DNA of 16,074 nt from an uncultured Myxococcales bacterium (lineage in GTDB: Bacteria > Myxococcota > UBA4151), in the NCBI GenBank assembly GCA_964013405.1, contig CAXGWI010000080.1:1-16074 (forward strand), in the 5' to 3' direction. Shown one piece after another: positions 14,082 through 16,074 of the stretch. Every line of letters starts with the position of its first letter. Position 1 is the stretch's first letter. Under the pieces are notes generated by a model, which was given only the letters and a program-made list of their open reading frames with translations, was not told the origin of the DNA and ran no database searches. The position numbers were made by a program, and so were the translations under genes.

Positions 14082-14629
14082 GGCTTGCGTACCCAGCGCA
14101 GACTGTTGGCCAACTTCCAGACCTCATCATCCCGTCCACAGCGAGGATGCTCCTCACCGCCAAGGCATTCGATGTCCAGGGTAACCGCCGCGCCACCGGC
14201 GGCAAAATCGAGGGTAACGACGCCATGTGTTCGGCTCAGGACGGGACCGTTGACTCGGTGTTTTGCAAGCCAGGATGCGCTGACCGCTGCTCGTCGAACG
14301 AGAAGCGTCACGGTCACACCTTGCTGGGAGTAGCTGACGCTGTACCAATGGGGCTTGGCCACGATCAGTGTATCGCCGGCCCTCAGGGACTCGTCGGGCA
14401 GCAGAAGATGTGGGGCCTTCGGATTCATCAGGATCTGTGTCGCTTGGGCTCGAAGGCTTTTGGGCAGGCTGGCCGTTGCCAAGGGGCGATAACTCGCCTC
14501 AGGCAAAGGCCTCAGCCCTTGAAGTTGGGCCGGGCCCGGCGTGGCAGCGGCGGCTTTCGCAGACTGCTCTTGGCTGAGCCCCGTCGTGGCGGCGACGGAG
14601 AGCATCGTGATGAGGAAGAAAGAGATCAT
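14078..14629 (-). CDS. Hypothetical secreted protein, 183 aa, overlapping the M23 peptidase start
   Basis: GGGAGG ribosome-binding site before ATG 14629. Hydrophobic N-terminus. Its TGA overlaps the M23 ATG (14078-14081). C-terminal Cys pair IEC-x8-C. Confidence 0.8.
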   Translation of the reverse strand: MISFFLITMLSVAATTGLSQEQSAKAAAATPGPAQLQGLRPLPEASYRPLATASLPKSLRAQATQILMNPKAPHLLLPDESLRAGDTLIVAKPHWYSVSYSQQGVTVTLLVRRAAVSASWLAKHRVNGPVLSRTHGVVTLDFAAGGAAVTLDIECLGGEEHPRCGRDDEVWKLANSLRWVRKP

Positions 14630-14720
14630 AGCGCCTCCCGTTATCGTCGGCGCTACCGGGCGCGCTCATCGGATTATTGTCGTATGCCGGACCTCTACAG
14701 ATTACTCAAACGACGCACTC

Positions 14721-14742
14721 AAGACACAGAGTTGTCACAAAG
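14721..14742 (+). promoter_or_regulatory. Pho-box-like direct repeat upstream of the porin
   Basis: aaGACACAgag-ttGTCACAaag: two half-sites at 11-bp period, resembling the PhoB consensus CTGTCA(T/C), about 45 nt upstream of the porin ATG. Confidence 0.5.
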
Positions 14743-14785
14743 CTAGGCCAAATGAGTCCTAGCGCAGACGGATAAGGAGAACGCT

Positions 14786-15739
14786 ATGCGTACTGTTTCC
14801 ATCGTTGTGAGCCTCCTGATGGCCGGTCAAGCCTTGGCCGAAGATCCCAAATACTCGGGGCGAGTTCAAATTAGAGGCGTGGTCGATCTCGGGGATGATG
14901 AAACCATGGGCCACCTCCTGTTGCCTCGGGCCCGGTTTGCCGCCAGCGCAAAGGACGCTTTTGATCGGGGCGTCGCCTACAAGTTCCAGATTGACTTCGG
15001 CAAAGGGAATGCCAGCCTCAAAGACTTCTATGTGGATATCCCGCTCTTCCAGCGGGAGGGGGTACGGCTCCGAGCCGGTCAAGCCAAGATGCCCTTTAGC
15101 CGTCAGCAATTGACCTCATCTTCGCGCTTCGCTTTGGTGGACCGAGCATTCACGGACAAGCTCAGCGGTGCCGGTCGAGATGTGGGTGTTTATCTCCACA
15201 ACAATTTCATGAAGAGCCCCCGTGTCGAGTGGGCTCTCGGCCTCTTTAATGGTGCTGGCGCAAACACTGTTCCCAGCAGCGCCGCCCCGAAGGTCGTTGC
15301 TCGCCTGGGCTACAATCACGGTGGGATCAAAGGCTATTCGGAAGGGGACCTTAAGGGGGGCGGACTGCGCTTCGCTGTGGCGGCGAGTATGATGCACATT
15401 CCTGGGCCTGCCGGTGATCGCCACGGGCCAGACAGTGACCTCAAAGCCCAAGTGGACTTCATCGTCAAAGCTTGGGGCCTGAGTGCCAGCGGTGGCGTTT
15501 TCTACGACGACGGCACCACAGAGGCGACCCAAAGCTACCATCTCCAACTCTCTAAGCGAGTGGGCGACTGGCTTCCCGCATTGCGCTACGCCGATGGAAT
15601 CTCGGGGACCGACAAGTCCGAGTTCCGTGGGGGGGTCACGCGCTTTCTGAAGGGCAACAAGTACAAGTACCAGGCCTCCTACGGGCTCATCGATGGTGAT
15701 GAGCACCAAGCACTCGCCCAACTCCAGTTGGCATTCTAG
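14786..15739 (+). CDS. Phosphate-selective porin OprO/OprP-like, 317 aa
   Basis: AAGGAG ribosome-binding site and signal peptide ending ALA-E. Motifs [32 protein letters not shown]...VDRA and GRDVGV. Ends in the strand AQLQLAF with terminal Phe. Lies directly upstream of pstS. Confidence 0.82.
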   Translation: MRTVSIVVSLLMAGQALAEDPKYSGRVQIRGVVDLGDDETMGHLLLPRARFAASAKDAFDRGVAYKFQIDFGKGNASLKDFYVDIPLFQREGVRLRAGQAKMPFSRQQLTSSSRFALVDRAFTDKLSGAGRDVGVYLHNNFMKSPRVEWALGLFNGAGANTVPSSAAPKVVARLGYNHGGIKGYSEGDLKGGGLRFAVAASMMHIPGPAGDRHGPDSDLKAQVDFIVKAWGLSASGGVFYDDGTTEATQSYHLQLSKRVGDWLPALRYADGISGTDKSEFRGGVTRFLKGNKYKYQASYGLIDGDEHQALAQLQLAF

Positions 15740-15753
15740 CCGCGGGAGTTTGG

Positions 15754-15771
15754 CCGCCATCAAACTGTCAC
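15754..15771 (+). promoter_or_regulatory. Pho box upstream of pstS
   Basis: CCGCCAT-CAAA-CTGTCAC fits the PhoB consensus CTGTCAT-A(A/T)A(T/A)-CTGTCA(C/T), with a perfect second half-site and 11-bp period. It ends 45 nt upstream of the pstS ATG. Confidence 0.68.
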
Positions 15772-15816
15772 ATTAGGGGGTCAAGAGGGCGCAGCCCGAG
15801 CCCCGGAGTACAAACA

Positions 15817-16074
15817 ATGAACAAGTTTATCGCCCTAGCTAGTCTTTGCTTTCTCGCCGCATGCTCCCAGCAGCGTGCGGCCCAAGAGGGCTCGGCGGCC
15901 ACAGCCGAGGAAGGTGGAAAGCCTGCCGCCGTCTCCACCGTCCGGATCGATGGCTCCTCGACCGTCTTTCCCATCAGTGAAGCGGTGGCCGAAGAGTTTC
16001 AAAAAGGGCGCAGCGCCCGCGTGACGATCGGTGTGTCGGGCACCGGTGGCGGGATGAAAAAGTTCTGCACCGGT
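15817..16074 (+). CDS. pstS: Phosphate ABC transporter substrate-binding lipoprotein PstS, N-terminal 86 codons (cut by window end; not in the ORF track)
   Basis: Manual translation: [19 protein letters not shown]...[45 protein letters not shown]. The IDGSSTV and SGTGGG motifs are hallmarks of PstS. GGAG at 15805-15808. Lipobox LAA-C. Confidence 0.95.
   Translation, partial: MNKFIALASLCFLAACSQQRAAQEGSAATAEEGGKPAAVSTVRIDGSSTVFPISEAVAEEFQKGRSARVTIGVSGTGGGMKKFCTG

Overview
A GC-rich (about 60% by eye), gene-dense bacterial window with 10 complete CDSs and one CDS cut by the right edge. Myxococcus-type Cys-rich repeats, a MYXO-CTERM-like tail and many lipoproteins suggest a Myxococcota/deltaproteobacterial genome (inference). 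Left to right: metal-dependent amidohydrolase (-); a lipoprotein made almost entirely of 16 CGDG Cys-rich repeats (+); an alkaline-phosphatase-superfamily lipoprotein with C-terminal Cys/PPC-like modules, overlapping it by ATGA (+); an unknown lipoprotein (+); a GH31 glycosidase related to sulfoquinovosidase YihQ but with an altered sulfonate pocket (-); a single-chain XdhA-XdhB xanthine dehydrogenase fusion (-); a cupredoxin-like lipoprotein lacking canonical type-1 Cu ligands (+); an M23 peptidase with golvesin-like domain and MYXO-CTERM-like tail plus an ATGA-coupled secreted partner (-); and an OprO/P-type porin and the start of pstS (+), each preceded by a Pho-box-like site. I saw no rRNA, tRNA, CRISPR array or mobile element. 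The best leads are the M23/partner pair, the remodelled cupredoxin, the remodelled YihQ-like GH31, the fused XDH with a palindromic operator candidate, and the Cys-repeat/phosphatase pair. All family calls come from motif recognition by eye; no database was searched.
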